Below are positions 48,027-62,424 of a stretch of DNA of 64,000 nt, piece by piece; position 1 is the stretch's first letter; every line of letters begins with the position of its first letter. A program made the position numbers and the translations under genes. Under the pieces are notes generated by a model, which saw only the letters and a list, made by a program, of their open reading frames with translations, ran no database searches and was not told where the DNA came from. This stretch comes from Octopus vulgaris (Eukaryota), in contig OX597827.1 in the NCBI GenBank assembly GCA_951406725.2, positions 38,130,001 through 38,194,000 of the forward strand. Reading direction: 5' to 3'.

Positions 48027-50599
48027 AGTTGCTATATATTTGCTAATTAGAAAGTTTTTTTTATTTGTTTTTAAATTAAATCATTTTAAAAAGTACCATT
48101 GTAGTTTCTTGTTTTTTAATATTTCTTTAAATTTTGCTTTTGTTTTGTTTTTGTTATAAAGTACCCTTGTTTGTTTTTTAATACTTTCAGATGTGCCTAT
48201 CTAAGGTGAATCAATTTTCATAGAGGTTTTATAACATTGCTGCTATATGCCATGGACATATTGCATAACATTTTATTTGTGAGTGTATATAATGTGTTCA
48301 TCTGTAACTGATATATTTACCCTGTTTGCTCTTTTCCCTCTTCTTTGTTCTCATTAGAGACTAGCAAGAAATTCAATATCTCTAACCATAGTGAAGGTAT
48401 CTTTCTCCCTACCCACCCGGAAACTAAAAAGCAGGACACAAAAAGTGTTCTTCACAAGGAAGTAGATTGGGAAAGTTGTTAGACTCTTGGGCCAGAATGC
48501 TTCACAGTATTTGTTCTGACTCTCTGCACTCTCAGTCCAAATCCCTCCCTGGTCAACTTTGCCTTTCATGTTTTCAGGGTTAATAATGGTAGATTGGCAG
48601 AATTTGGGTCAAGTGGGACACCTGGCAGTATCTGTTCTAGCACTTTGTGGAACAGATACAGACTGGTCTTTCTATTGGAAAAATATTAATGGTGTGAATA
48701 GGGTAACTGCTATCTTTAAGAAAGCTTACCTTATTTTAAAAATGTATGTGCAGATGTATATTCAACATAGACTAACCAAGACCCTATCAACCTCCACAGT
48801 TTAGCTGTCATTACAAATATTGCTAAGAACTTTCTGCCTCATACAAATACCACAAAATTTTCAATGCTTACAATATTAATTTAGCTATTCTTACCTAGAT
48901 AACACATACTTTCAACAGTACTGAAATATTTGTTTAATAACATTTTATTTGTACTGTGAGTGTACACAATCTATTCATCTGTAATATATATTTACCCTGC
49001 TTGCCCTTTTCCCCTCATTTGCTCTCATTAGAGACCAGCAAGAAATTTGATATCTCTAACCAAAATGAAGGCACCTTTCTTGAAGAAACCCATCAGTATA
49101 AAAGAATTTCTCTCTTGTTTAATATATATAGCAACTTGTGAAGAAGAGAATTAAAAGTGATACATGGTGGGCAGTCCCAAATACTAACTGTGACTATGTA
49201 ATATTGTTTTTTCCTCACTGCTTACTTATTTCTAGTGAGCTTTTTTTAATAATCCTTGGAAGGGTTCACAAAATAAGAACATCTAACTGTAAAACAATGG
49301 ATGAATAAGTAATTATTCACTCTATGCTAGCATGAAAAAATGGACATAGAATGAATGAACAAATTTATTTATTGCTTTTCAAGTAAAGGTTATTTCTGAA
49401 GCACTTATTCTCTAAATACTTCTGGCTTCTTACAATATACAATTTACTTACTGAAATATTTACCACTGTTTCAGCAATTATGATGAAGATTTATGCTTCA
49501 ATGATGAGGTCAGAATTGTATTGAAATATAGCTAGAGTTGACTCCCATGCCTGCTACAAGACTGACAACACTATTAGTTATTATTCTTCAAGACTTAATT
49601 TTTTGAGGTTGCTTACATTAAATATGTTAACACTAACTTACTGTTGCTGGTTTTTCATGCCGATGGTGCTAGCATGAAGGGCAAGAAGTGTTCCGCACCC
49701 TGGATGATGCTTTTATGGTGTAGCTAGACTGTGTGCCGCAGAGGTAACTCTTGAGGTTGCCACCTACCAGGACCACAAGCTTACACAGGATGGATCTGTT
49801 CAGTTTCACTCAGATTTAAAAATTATTTTTTTTAACTAAACAGTTTGAAACTTGGTATACTGGTGTAATTTCTCATGCTGAACACGGTTCACTTTCAACA
49901 TTTTTGACAAAATTTCGTATCTTAGAAGTTATTTCGTGTTAAAGTTGTCCTATTTGTGTAATTTTAACCAATCAAAGAGGATATGAAAAAAGAAAACAAT
50001 TACTTATAAAGTTACAACTAAGAACCGTAAGAAGGTAGTAAAAATATTTTTTTATTTCGAGATTTGGAAATGAACTAAATTTGGGACATTTAGGGTGTCC
50101 CTCAAAGGTCAGTACGGGGCAGGGGACAAAATTATCAAATATGGGTCATGTCCCTTATATAAGGGACGTCTGGCAACCCTAACCTTGATATACAAAAAAC
50201 CGAATGGTCGCAGCTGGAGCGCTTTTGAAAATAAGTATGAGACAGGAACCAAAGAAGGAGGCTGCTTCGTAGTTGCGCGCCATGCTAGAAATAGCTGCTA
50301 CATCTTCAAATCATACCAAACCATTATAAAAGCAGTAATACGGAGGATAATGTAGTTTAAGTTGGAAAAAAAATAAACAGGATAATCAAGTCTGGAATGT
50401 CTTTGATCATAGTTCTGTAGAATCAGAGCTGACCTGGAACCAAACAATAAGAGGAAGGTATGATGATCACGACTGGAACGTCTTTGATCATAAATCTGCT
50501 AGATTAGGGCTGATATGTATTGGAAACATAAAAAGAAAATAAATACAAAAACAACAACTCCAGTCTAGAAAGAACCGTCACAACAATGACAACTGACAA

Positions 50600-50790
50600 G
50601 ATTGCTGACGGAACCGGAAGTGAAATTTATAAATCAGCAACAATTAACGTTGTGTCTTTGTTATTTTTAATTCATCGCTTATCGTAGATACTTTGATATT
50701 CTTGAATGTAGATACTCCTATACAAACTGAAACTCCTGGACAAACCTCAAAGTAACTTCTAGCTCATGTTCTATATTTTTCAAGGTCTGT
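50600..50790 (+). promoter_or_regulatory. Probable promoter and non-coding first exon of the C2H2 gene
   Basis: ETS ACCGGAAGTG at 50613-50622 in a CpG-retaining region; putative UTR exon 52753-52916 (ccag/gtaaga) and acceptor at 53058 upstream of the ATG. Confidence 0.55.
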
Positions 50791-53103
50791 TGGAACGAAT
50801 TATTGTCTTCTTTTTCTTTTAATATTTAATGTGTATATCTGTATGCAAACAGACATGCATGCTTTCTGAAGAATTTGTTTCATTTAATATGAAACTTGAA
50901 GTCACGTGAAAAAAAAAATCAAGTAATACTTAACTACTTCATTATAATAAATATAACTCTGCGCGTCTTGGGTACTCATTTTTGTTCGTGAAATTACTTA
51001 CAACTTATTTTTAACATCTACGTACGTATGTATTTCTGACTTTTTGTGACTGTTTCGTTGGCACTACCATGGAATTAGCTGTCAGAAGGAAAGTTAAAAA
51101 AGAAGTGTGACGTCGTGCCGTTTCGTTTTATTTTGGTAAATTGCTTTAATTCTCGGTTTCGTTCAATAACTAAAAGTAGTATGTAATTAAAATGCCTCTT
51201 TCTATATACTATGAACCTATCGTCTACCAGTATGTATGATCCCTCCCCCAGAAACCTGGCAACTACGAAGTTAACATGAATGTTGGACGGGAAGAAAGCT
51301 CACTAAAGAATAGTGTGCTCCTATAAGGCACCCTAGATTCTAAAGTAATTATTATAAGTTTTGTTGATGTTTATACTCACCTGATTATGAATTTAATGGA
51401 CAATGTATTTTCATTGGGCCTATCTAATTAAGATCTAAACATAAAAGGATATACAAACTAAAAATGTGTGAACTAGCTAACAGCGAATGAAGTCTAGATT
51501 AGGATTCTGCAGTGCGAAAATTTTTACATCTGTTTAGTTGACTTTTGGGGGTTGAGAGTGGACACCAGTCCGCTACTCAATTTAGCACGCATTTTGCCAG
51601 TGAACGGGTCTTAATCGCAATCCATGGGTCCACTGTTGTTATAGTTGTGTAATATCTTTAGTCAGTATTTAAAACTAATCTTAAATAATTTACTTACATA
51701 AAAGGAAAGATCGCCAGTATCTGTGTTAAACCGAAACAAGTTAAAAAAGTTGATCCAATTAGCACTGTTGACTTCTTATTTTTGTGTTATTGTTTACACA
51801 AATACCGGCTTTTTACGCTCTACTTTCAAATTCTGTTGAGGTGAGTTTTAGTTATCAACCTCCGGGGTTGGTCGATGAAATAAGTACCGGCGAAGGTATC
51901 GATTAACCCCTTTTCCCTCAAAATTGCTAGCCTTGAACCTACATTTTGTATGTATATTACCGTTAATGTACAGAACGGTTTAGCCCCTGTCAAGGCATTC
52001 CATCTCGTCTTCAATTCGGTGTTTCTATGATTATATTACCTTGTGTAGCCTTCCTGTTTGAAGACAGTAGAGATATTATTTGACTGGTAACCGGACGAAT
52101 GAATCCTTGGCCTTGAGGAAAAAAATGTTTCCAGGTCTGTGAGTGGCAAAAATAAAATCTTGTCCCCCCCCCCCCATCCTTTCATTCTGTTGGGGGTGGG
52201 GTAATAAAAGACATTCTATGTGAACTGAGACTAAACAGCCACCAGGTTGAAACCCAAAGCACAAGTGTCAACATGAACTATTGTTTTTAAAATCTGATTG
52301 TCATACCAAGAATGTTTAGTTGATGACAATAGGCAATCAGTTACAGGCTGTCACCATCATCAATTTAGTTTTAAAGACCCACTCCAAATAACGTCTTTTG
52401 TATAAGCTAACAATATTCACTGTCAGTTGTCTTTATGAATTTTGCCCTTGTTAATTCTGATGTCTGTAATTCATTTAGCTATGTCATCTTACAAACAATG
52501 TTTTCAGTTATATTTGTTATAATTTAAATTTTTCCAGTGTCATTTAATTTTCTGTTATTTACTTAATCTTATATAGATCTGATATCATCAGCCTTTTATC
52601 ATTCTTTCAGGGTATATAGAACAAAAAGAATTTATAAATTCTTTCATTCTTGTGTGGTGAAATTATTTGAGCTTGGTTCTACAATTTGTGAACCTACTTG
52701 TTAGTTTCTACAACTCTCCTTATGTTCATTTTTAATGTTTTTCTGCTTCCAGATAAGGTTGGAAGAAAGGTGCATTGCTCCAATCACTACAAGAACAAGA
52801 TAAGAATTCTCAACTCTCTGGCCCCAAAAGTTGTCATTATCTGTCCACTGGATCATTGCAGCTTCCCTCAAACATGTTTATCCTTTGAAAGATACAGTAC
52901 AGCTTGTAGTATGCTGGTAAGAGCTAAGCAGTCTGAAAAGCACTTTAAAATAATTGCTTCCATATTATTAAGATCAATCTAAAATCTGGAGGCTGGGCCC
53001 ATCCTCTGAAACTTCATCATATCCTTTTTTTTTTGTCTTTACTGCATTTTGTTTTCAGGTTATTTCCTCTCTTTTTCTTCTTTTCTTCAATCATTCTTTA
53101 ACC

Positions 53104-53790
53104 ATGGAAAATCAGCAGTTTTCTTATGAGTTTTTGCAAAAGTTATTAAAATGTAAAGCGAAAATGCTCTCTGGTGGGAAAAAATTTACTTGTGAAACAT
53201 GCGGTAAAACATTTCCTGAGAATGTACAGCTTGTACGTCATGTACGGATTCATACGGGAGAAAGACCATATAAATGCGAACACTGTGACAAGACATTCAC
53301 TGAAAAGATTAACTTGACCAGACATATTTTTACACATACTGGAGAGAAGCCATACAATTGTGAGTATTGCGGAAAGGCATTTTCTCAACGTTTTACTCTA
53401 TCTAAGCACATTCTTACACACACTGGAGAAAAACCATACCACTGTGAATATTGTGGTAAAACATTTTCTCAAAGTTCTACCTTGTCTAAACACATCCTTA
53501 CACACACAGGGGAGAAGCCTTATCATTGTGAATACTGTGAAAAATCATTTTCGCAAAGTGGTCATCTTTCCCAACACAGACTCACTCACTTAAAACCAAA
53601 ATCTTATGACTGTGAACATTGTGACAAAAAGTTCTCAATGAATTCCACTTTAGTAATCCACAGGCGTTTGCACACAGGAGAACGGCCTTATAGTTGTGAC
53701 TGTTGTGAGAAAAGCTTTATGTCAAGCACTGCTCTCAAAATACACCAGAAGATCCACAAACCAAAGAAGCCTATAGAGAGTGAACATTGA
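53104..53790 (+). CDS. C2H2 zinc finger protein with 7 tandem fingers and no KRAB/BTB/ZAD domain
   Basis: Intact 228-aa ORF with accATGg Kozak context; seven CxxC-12-HxxxH units, mostly with TGE[KR]P linkers. Confidence 0.96.
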   Translation: MENQQFSYEFLQKLLKCKAKMLSGGKKFTCETCGKTFPENVQLVRHVRIHTGERPYKCEHCDKTFTEKINLTRHIFTHTGEKPYNCEYCGKAFSQRFTLSKHILTHTGEKPYHCEYCGKTFSQSSTLSKHILTHTGEKPYHCEYCEKSFSQSGHLSQHRLTHLKPKSYDCEHCDKKFSMNSTLVIHRRLHTGERPYSCDCCEKSFMSSTALKIHQKIHKPKKPIESEH

Positions 53791-54649
53791 TCCATCTCAT
53801 TTGATTGAAACAGTAACTTTTTGTTGCATTGGTAAATTCTATTCGAGATAAAAACACATCTCATTGTGATTATTAACTCCTGCCATTTGTATCAAACAAT
53901 CTTCTTAAGTAAGCATCTGAAGGTATTTTCTAATGCTATTATGTCCAATGTGAAATAAAGGGGACCTAAAAAAAAACTGAGGATAAAGACACAGCATCTA
54001 CTGGCCCTGGCATCCATTCTTTTGAATTTGTTTTTTAACCCTACTGTGACCCAATTTCTAATGTAACACACAGACTGTGTTTTAGTTCACTTTAGTGAAA
54101 TAGGTATTTCATTTATGAAATAGTGTTTCGAATGTAACTTAAAATACTCTTACATAAATTCAATATAATTTAAACATCAATGCTTTAAAACAGGAGGTTT
54201 TTGTTTGATAAAGGCAAGTTGGTATCAACATTTTTTGAAGAAACAGATATGCTTAGAATTTCCACTTGAAGATGACTATTCTGAGTTAAACTACAATTGA
54301 GTCAATCAACTTCCCTCCATGTATAAGAGTAATTTTTGTTACCATGTTTCTGTTGAAATATGCTATCTTCAACATCAATGAAAATAATGATGAATTTCAG
54401 AAATAACTTAGTTATTTATTAAGCTGGTGTTTGGAACACAAATTAACATGAAATTTTAATGGAAGGTTTTCATTTTGATCACTTTAAAACAGGAAGTTTG
54501 AGTCATAGAACTAGGGATAGTCTTGGGCGGATTGATAACAAAATAGCACTTAAATACTTCTATCTTCATCTCACGTCAGTTATATGACACTGTCCTATTG
54601 GGACTTATATGAGCCCTCATAATAATAATAATAATAATAATAATAATGG

Positions 54650-54860
54650 TTTAAAATTTTGCTACAAGGGCAGCAATTTTGAGGAGGGGATAAGTTGATT
54701 ACATCGACCTCAGTGTTTCATTGGTACTTAATTTATTGACTCCGAAAGGGTGAAAGGTAAAAATGACACTGATGGAATTTGAATTCAGAACATAGTGACT
54801 GGTGAAATACTGCTAAACATTTGGTCTAGCATGCTAACGATCTGCCAGCTTGATGCCTTA
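54650..54860 (-). mobile_element. SINE (second family) with (AAT)n tail
   Basis: Reverse complement of the SINE consensus; (aat)n at 54619-54646. Confidence 0.75.
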
Positions 54861-57800
54861 ATAATAATAAGAGAAATGGTTGAATGAGTTTGGAATAGAC
54901 TGTCCTGTAGAGCTTCTGCAGAAAGTTTGCTTCTTAGGGACAGGAAAGATTATCTGGAGGATTTTGTGAATATCTAAGGTTATATGTAGTAACCCACTAC
55001 CCACAAAAATTCTGCCAGGAATAAGAATGAACCTGAGTCAAATCAACAACAATAATAGAGTGTAATGTAGGATCATTATGTACTTGCAAAAGAAGCATAA
55101 GCTATATCAACACCATAATTTGATTGTTATTTCCCATTGTACACATGAAATTTAATGCTTTCTTTTCTAAACACTAAAAGAGTCATTTTTTTTTTTGTTT
55201 CTTTCATGTGTAAGTAGAGATATAGTTGACCAACTCCCCTTCCCCCACCTATTTTGTTACTGTTAACTGTTTTACAACATATGTTACACCAAAATATTAG
55301 ATCATGTAGTAGTAAACATCTAGTCCTACTACCCCCTCAATCTGCACCAAATCCACCACATTATGTCTGACATAATGGAAACTAAAAAATCTGCAATAAA
55401 ATGCTTCTTTTGATATATTTTGGAGTTTGTTGTGCATTATTTTGTCTTGTTTTCTTATTTGCTTAGCTGATGTAGTTTTTGTAAGGTAGGGAAGGTTTGT
55501 AAAAAAAAATATTTTTTCTCAAAGTCAAAAATGCAGTAGAAACTTCTTATTGTGTCCCCTCCCCCCTTTATTGAGGACTGCACAAAGTCAGTACCCTTAT
55601 AGAAAGATTTTAAAAAATAGGCACTTTTCTTTTTGAATAAAATCAAAATTATCAATCTCAATGCACTTGGAAATATATCTGTGCACAATTTTAAAATATG
55701 CATTCTTAAGAAAGTTACACAGAAAAAGTATGTAAAAAGGTGGGGGGCACTAAACTGTAGTTATATCAGAGTCTTTAGGTTGTAGTGGATTCAATCCACC
55801 ATTGCCAAATTTCAAGTAACAGTTCAACAGAACTTTTCTCACGGTGGAACAATAGTTTTTCTGTGATAGCAGTTTTACATTTTCCAGATTGCCTTAGCTA
55901 GGCCGAAATAATGTCTTCACCACTTGACCTTTCTAACCTCTCCTAGACCACCTAAAGCTAGAATTAAGATAACAAATACCACCAACTAAATCCAATGGTC
56001 AAATGGAGAAATGAAATTTACTGTCAGCAGCTATGAGACCCAACTCTCTCACTTTCACTAACTCACTTTGTCTTTTCTGCACATTACCATATTTCTATAG
56101 TTTACTACTACAGTAAGAACACAGGCCAAAATTAACTTTTTTTAATTTGCACACTCTAGGATTTTATCACCTGCCCATCGAGGCAAGGTATATTCGATGT
56201 AACAGCAAATAAATATTTCCTTAAAACTTCATGCATTGTTTATCTTTCACATCTTACAACATTATCCATTGTACAAAATTAATGTTTACTGTTGCAAAAT
56301 AAAGTTTTTCCTTTAAGTCTCCACCACTAAACCATTTTCTGAAAATCAAAAGCAGTCACATGGGATTTTCATGCAATTTGCATTCCCTTACTACCTTTTG
56401 ATCAAAACTTGGAGAAGCTTAAACTGGTAACCTAATCTGTTTGTAATAACAACTAACTCTCCCTCAAATCACATACAACCTTCTTTAAAAAAGAGAAGGA
56501 ACACATTTAACAATGGAGAACTTCCACCACCTGAAAGGTTCCAGCTGTTTTGGCTCAATACAATATGTATTGACTGTTGTGTAGTGCCCACAAGTGAGCA
56601 CTACTTAAGCAGACTTTACAACTGAAGGAATTCCAGTTGTGATCATTCCATCTTTTATAGCAAATTTTATCAGAGTACAATATTCAAGTCTTTCCTTTGC
56701 AGGCAGGATGTTATTTAGGAGAGATCTTACTGCTATATCTAGCTGATCAAATGATCTTGTAGAAATTCTATTGTTGGCTCAAGTGACTCACCTGTATTCC
56801 ATTTAGGATACCACCACCCCATCATCTTTGCCTTTTATCCTTTTGGGGTCAATAAAATAAGTACCAGTTGAGCACTGGGTCGAAATTGCTGACCTTGTGC
56901 CAAAATTTGAAAAAAGAAGTTACTACTACTACTACTACATTAGGACTTAGAGAATGGCAGTTTCAAAGAAATAAAGGAATTCAACAATAAAGGAATTGTG
57001 AACTGTTGAATAACTAATATCAAAACATTTTCCTGCTGACAATGAATTGTCTATTTCACTGCCAGAATATCATGATGAACTGCAGTGTTTATTTTTTTTC
57101 CTCTTGTATCAAGAACATTATTGTAGATACTATCCACAACATGCATCTAGCACCCATGCACACAGCATTCATGTAAATATCTATAATGAAGAAGTCAGTG
57201 ACCTACAATCTACAAATAGAGAAGAATTAACTATCAAGAAATAATAATACAACTGTAGTATTGCCTTGGCAGTAACTGCAACACTGAAAAATTATTTATT
57301 ACACAAATACAAATTTGCCTTTAAGTTCAAAAGTTAGTGAAACACCACAGCTCTCAAGTATGCACTAAAACAAAGACATTCCAAACAGAAGTGATACCAT
57401 AATGAGAACAAGAGATCCAGGCAATCAATAAGCATTATGTTTGATAGAATAATCAGAATACTAAAAGGTTAAACTAGATTAATTTCGCCAGTTGTAGATT
57501 ACACCACCTTGACCATAAACTAACCTACTCAGCCAGAAGTTGACCAAATAGCAACCTAGATGAAGCCAACTGGAAACCTATATCATGAGTAATAAGATGT
57601 AAAATAGCCCAGACAAATTTATTCTCACAAAGGAATTGAGTTCTCTAGAAAATATTGTTATGGACAAAGAAGTATTTGCAAACAAACACTACCATTTAAC
57701 ATCTGTTCTTCATACTGGCATAAGTTTTGACAGGAGACTTTACAGATGGTAATGGGTGCTTTTTACATGGCAGTGGCTGAAGTGAGGCTACCAAGGAACT

Positions 57801-58811
57801 TGCAAAATAAGGCCTCTCAACTGAGGTTGGATTAGTGTTGAGGAAGGTGGCTTTGTGCCAGGTGATGAGAGGTTAGTGCATGATGGAGGGATAGAAATAG
57901 ATGTCTACCTCAGGTGGATAAGCGAGAGAGAGGGGAGGGGAATGCATTATGTGGCATACACAGATGGAAGGAGGGGATATTAGGAAGATGAGTTGTGAGG
58001 GACAGATTAGATACAAATTCATGTCTATAAATTGTAAAATAGTTTTACATTGGCATGTAAGCAACAATGTGTGTACTTTGTGTAAAAGGTAGCAGGTTTT
58101 ATGTAGATACAAACAAACACATTTTAATGCATCTAAAGATTTCCAATATGGGAAGAGGGCTTCAGATTTGTGACTAATCAAATCAAGTACTTGGCTGTAA
58201 TATTTATATTAACACACGTTATAATTAAAAAGGCCACAAGTATGTAAAAATATTTATTTATTTTTAAAAAGATTAAAATCAAAAATATAGAAATACAGTT
58301 GATAAAGAGTATGTATAAAGATATATAATATAAAAAAAAGGGGTGTCTTTAAACTCAGAAAAAGTATCACAAGGTATTTTTGTTTGAAAGCACCAATTTG
58401 TAAATTTTCTCCACACTTGTGTGGAAATCTTTCACTAATAAACAAGTGTATCTGGTATACATTCACACATACCTGTGTGTGAGTATATATATACCAGATT
58501 CAACTAATCACATAACTTGGGAATCCACATATATTAAGAACAGATATGTTGTTAAATTATACTTTCATATATATATATATATATATATCGAGAGAGAGGG
58601 GAGGGCTGATATTTGTGAGCACAAGATTTCTAGGCCATAAATGAAAAACAACCTAACATAATGTTAGGTAGGTCTCAGGATCAAAACCACAAGTAAACAT
58701 CCAGATATTAGACATGGTGATCAAGTTCTGGACTGAGGAGGTGCCATGTGTTCCTGGAGGACTGCTCCATACCAAATTGACTAAGAAGTTAGTGGCTGAA
58801 AATTTTTACAA

Positions 58812-58952
58812 CTGGCGTTAGGAAGGGCATCCAGCCATAGAAACACTGCCAGATCAGACTGGGCCTGGCGCAGCCTTCTGGCTTCCCAGACCCCAGTTGA
58901 ACCGTCCAACCCATGCTAGCATGGAAAACGGACATTAAACAATGATGATGAT
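58812..58952 (+). mobile_element. Short RTE 3' end inserted in a degenerate Tc1/mariner-like remnant (about 58640-59160)
   Basis: ggcgttaggaagggcatccagcc...(gat)n; flanks resemble the transposase P.S.DLN.LD..VWG motif. Confidence 0.6.
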
Positions 58953-59553
58953 GTGACCCCGAGATATGACATCCGAGCTCTTATGACTTGAATAACTTAG
59001 ACAACTATGTTTGGGGCATCATTGAGAGGGACACTAACTGGCTACCCCAGGATTTATCAAATGCTGCTGTCAAAGATATGGCAGATAATAATATGAATGA
59101 GAATCACTGGAACCTGTAATTGCTTCCATGGCCACATCAAGACTGAGAACAAGTTTATGAAACAACTTGTTTCTTTGATATCAAATTGAAAAGGTGAAAT
59201 TGTGAGAAGGACATTTCCTGTAATGATTGTAAACAATTATGATACAGATTGTTCAATGTAGTCCTTTGCAGAAAAAAGAACAATGCAAGGATTGTTCAGT
59301 GATGTCATCGTTTTTTGGGGGTTTTTTCTATTCAGAGGAGAGACCTGTGTTTGTTTCCTGAAAGTAACAAGAAATAGAATAAATATCAGCAACTTAGAAT
59401 TGTTTGTGTAGAAATGTTATTTGCCAAGATCAAGGTCATGACTATGATGTAAATTGTATTCTAACAAAAAAAATCTTTTTGCCACCCAATTACAACAGCA
59501 TGTATATCGGGAGGAATTGAATATACAATTTTTATATTAATTTTTATCTTTCA

Positions 59554-59749
59554 TATGAAGTGTGCTGAAACATTCTTGGCTTTAAGAGGCCAACCTTCCC
59601 AATTCTTTTACCAGGCTTAGAAAAACTGAAGGACTGCTGCAGTAAGTGTGTGGATCTGAGAAGAAAATATGTTGAATAAAATCATAATTGACTGGTCCTC
59701 CTGTATTTTCTTTTAACCAAAGCCAGGAACTTTTCAGCACCCTTTCATA
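59554..59749 (+). mobile_element. Mariner-derived MITE
   Basis: ~30-bp imperfect TIRs (tatgaagtgtgctgaaacattcttggcttt / aaagccaggaacttttcagcaccctttcata) with TA ends; internal LEKLKDCCSKCVDLRRKYVE* resembles the mariner transposase C-terminus. Confidence 0.75.
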
Positions 59750-61220
59750 AATCACTTTTATCAACATAATTCTTATATCTTTAATTTTACTCTCTCCCTC
59801 TCACCCCCTCTCTCTCTCCCTTTCTTGGCTGGGTAACCATGTATCTCCTCTACTACACTCTAATCTTTCATCATCTGACACAAGATCACCTGCTCTAATG
59901 CCCCCTCTCCTCTCAAAATTCCTTGTCTTGCAAGTTACTTGGTGACCCTCCTGGTGCTGGTGCCATGTAAAAAGCATCCAGTCCACATTATGAAGTGGTT
60001 GGCATCTGGAAAGGCATTCAGCTGCAAAAGCCATGCCAAAACTGACCTCACCTTTGCTGGTGGCATGTAAAAAGCACTCGGTCCACTCTACATGGTAGTT
60101 GATGTTAGGAAGGGCATCCAACTATAAAAAAGTATGACTAAACAGACACAGCAACCTGGTGTAGTCATCTACCTGGCCATCTCCTGTCAAACTGTCCAAC
60201 CCATGCCAGCATGGAAGACAGGCATTAAATGATGATGATGGTGATGATATTTGGGAACTTTCTTTTCCACATCCCTACATATCTGCACAGACCAGAGCTA
60301 AGCTCCACCTCCATTTTCTTTTGAGAAGGGCTTCTTAAAATCACAATATAAGTAACAAGTGTAAATTTGTACTTTTTTTTCCACTTCTTATCACATAGTG
60401 GCTTTCTAAAAGACATTTAAATTATTGTCTTTCTTGCACACTATAGCTGCTTACCATTTTCATTTTCTCACACAGTTCATATGGACTGTTTTCAGGCTCA
60501 CTAACAAGACAAATCCATATACACAAAAATTGTCTGTCTGTCTATCTATCTATATAAAATGCACCTGTGTTTGTGTTTGCTTTTCATGTGAAAACAGCTG
60601 TGCGAATTGCTTCTATATTTGGATGCATGAATAATTTGATCTTGGATGCATAAGTTCTTCAGTTTATTGTTTTATGAAAAATAAATAATATTGCTTCATA
60701 TATATGATTCACTTTTTTTAAAATAAAATTATTTTGTCAGAGAAGAAAGTAGAGGAATTTTCTTTCTTGATGCTCCTGGTGGCACAGGTAAAACATTCTT
60801 GGGCAATGCCAGGTGCCTCTGCTAGTGTATATATATATACACACTCATATACACACATATAAAATGTGTGTGTGTATATATGGATTTGTAATGTTAGTGA
60901 GCATAAAAAATTTGCTCCCAAACTTCTTAGCTGAGTCCCACTGTGTGGCACCATGGGCAAGTGTCTTTTACTATAACCTCAGATTGACCAGGTCCTTGTG
61001 AGTAGATTTGGCAGAAACCAAAAGAAACCAGTTGTATGTGTCCATCTGTGTCTTGATATTACATGATTGTTGTTACTGTTATACAAGCAATGACATTCAT
61101 TTCTGATATTTGGCAAAAACGTATCTGGTCATGGGGAAATATACCATCTTGCTTGGAAACAGGTGAATGTTAGCAACAGGAAGGGCATCCGGTTGTACAA
61201 AATGTACCTCAATAAGTAAG

Positions 61221-61470
61221 TGGATTTGGTAGACGGAAACTGAAAGAAGCTCGTCGTATATATGTGTGTGCGTGTGTGTGTGTGTCCTCCCAATATCACT
61301 TGACAAACGATGCTGGTGTGTCTACGTCCCCGTAACTTAGCGGCTCGGCAAAACAAAACGATAGAATAAGTACTAGGCTTATAAAGAGTAAGTCCTGGGG
61401 TCGATTTGCTCGAGTAAAGGCGGTGCCCAAGCAGGGCCGCAGTCAGATGACTGAAACAAGTAAAAGAGTA
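61221..61470 (+). mobile_element. tRNA-derived SINE, 3' part
   Basis: Matches the body and tail of the 21045 SINE. Confidence 0.8.
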
Positions 61471-61609
61471 ATAAACTTTGTTTGACCCATGCAAGCATGT
61501 AAAAGTGGATGTTAAAGAGATGACAGTTACGATGTGAGTGTGTGAATGATTGGATTTTGCAGTTTCTATCTACCAAGTCCTACTCCCAAGTTATTGGTCA
61601 AGCCGTCAC

Positions 61610-62150
61610 TTTTGCTGCTGAATAAGATCAGATCCAGAACCACAGGGTTGCAAAATACCACACACCAATATAATATATTGCACAGAACATTGACCTCCTG
61701 GAATCTGTCCAGAGACGTGCAACCAAACGCATACCCTCCATCAGACACCTACCATATTCTGAGCGCCTTGTTTCCCTGGGCATGGATTCACTGAAGCTCC
61801 GGCGTTTGGCGACGGACTTGGTAAACACCCACAAAGTTATCAACCACCTCACCAACAACAACACTGAACACCTTTTTGATCTCCATGTGTCTAACACACG
61901 TGGACATGCCTACAAAGTCAGAAAACAATACAGCTCCCATGACTTTCGGAAACATTTTTTCACGCTCAGAGTTGCTGAAGCATGGAATAAACTGCCTGCG
62001 TCAGTTGTTGACTACCATGACACTGTATCTTTTAAGGCCCTCATGCTTTCCGAAATCCGCCGAAACTACACCTGATTATATATACACTTTAGATGAGTTG
62101 TAGTGCACCTGAGCACTGTACACAATTATTATTATTATTATTATTATTAT
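61610..62150 (+). mobile_element. CR1/L2-group LINE 3' end with (ATT)n tail
   Basis: DSLKLRRLATDL...NTRGHAYKV...RKHFFTLRVAEAWNKLP, stop, short UTR, (att)n. Confidence 0.88.
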
Positions 62151-62424
62151 ATACAACCAAACCTACACACATTCTTTTTTTCTGCATTAGCCTGTGTGGA
62201 TTTTTTTACGATGTTTAGCTAATACTCCTTCCTTGTGTTAAGTCTCAAGTAGTAGCAAACGCTTACTTACTCTTAATTTATGTTAACATTAATTAATGTT
62301 ATTGTTGAACATTCCCTAAAAACTTCGATATCTAACAATCACAGCAATAAAAAAATATTTCAAGGGAGGCAATGGATAAATTCGATTTTTCGCAACTTAT
62401 TCCCCCTTAATATCACCACCATAT

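Noticed and set aside
49660-49800. GC-richer island as a possible structured RNA
   Set aside because: No convincing box motifs or fold could be established by eye.
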